NCBI GenBank assembly: GCA_964016885.1
Contig: OZ024742.1
Coordinates: 45,508,001 to 45,572,000, forward strand
DNA length: 64,000 nt
DNA from: Eledone cirrhosa
Lineage: Eukaryota
Direction of reading: 5' to 3'
Below, piece by piece: positions 63,823 through 64,000 of the stretch. The notes below the pieces were generated by a model. The model was not told the origin of the DNA, made no database searches, and worked only from the letters and a program-made list of their open reading frames with translations. The stretch's first letter is position 1. Each line of letters starts with the position of its first letter. Both the position numbers and the translations under genes were made by a program.

Positions 63823-64000
63823 CCTGTCTGGCCCTCTGGAGAATAGAGGAAATGTGTTTCCTTGAAAACTCGTATGACTCTAAAACCCGGTCCGTCTGTG
63901 TGGTTACATACAGACTAGCTGACACTCACTGTAAAGTGTCTAGTGAAAAACTTAGTACATGTACATATGTATACATGTGTGTATTTATATGCATACTAAT

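Larger units (their letters stand above)
63069..64000. mobile_element. Fold-back, hammerhead-bearing element (Penelope pLTR / retrozyme-like), running off the window
   Basis: Inverted arms 63111-63480 / 63631-64000 read identical. 63486-63573 is the reverse complement of 63069-63156 and a direct repeat (period 469) of 63955 onward. The element abuts (TA)n. Confidence 0.8.

Noticed and set aside
63670-63900. ATGA...AA motifs as a possible SECIS
   Set aside because: No correctly spaced GA/GA quartet or apical AA geometry, and no adjacent UGA-containing ORF.
63186-63925. Identical 72-aa ORFs on opposite strands
   Set aside because: A by-product of the inverted repeat. They have a non-ATG start, run antisense to the hammerhead in each arm, and show no recognisable domain.

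Overview
Repeat-dense eukaryotic genomic DNA. The SINE and LINE families look like those of an octopus (coleoid cephalopod), which is an inference from recalled repeat motifs. Host genes: the last six coding exons of ALDH7A1/antiquitin (+, 1098-12764), which splice in frame to the stop, and a probable first coding exon of a second, unidentified gene (+, 43928-44299). Most of the rest is transposable-element DNA: many RTE LINEs (one near full-length with an uninterrupted 1039-aa ORF and a C4HC3 PHD-like finger inserted inside the RT), a CR1 LINE with a 791-aa ORF, CRE-like endonuclease fragments, tRNA-derived SINEs, a deleted mariner, non-autonomous Helitrons, MITEs, and mini/microsatellites. 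The most notable signal is a set of non-coding, hammerhead-ribozyme-bearing elements, mostly fold-back and next to (TA)n tracts. The best, at 63069-64000, has a perfect type I hammerhead on each strand and a permuted ~469-nt structured monomer (Penelope-pLTR/retrozyme-like). A second at 39555-39990 has a long-stem hammerhead with a variant core. Decayed relatives lie at about 29.8, 37.6, 41.3 and 62.4 kb. Boundaries of degraded repeats are approximate.
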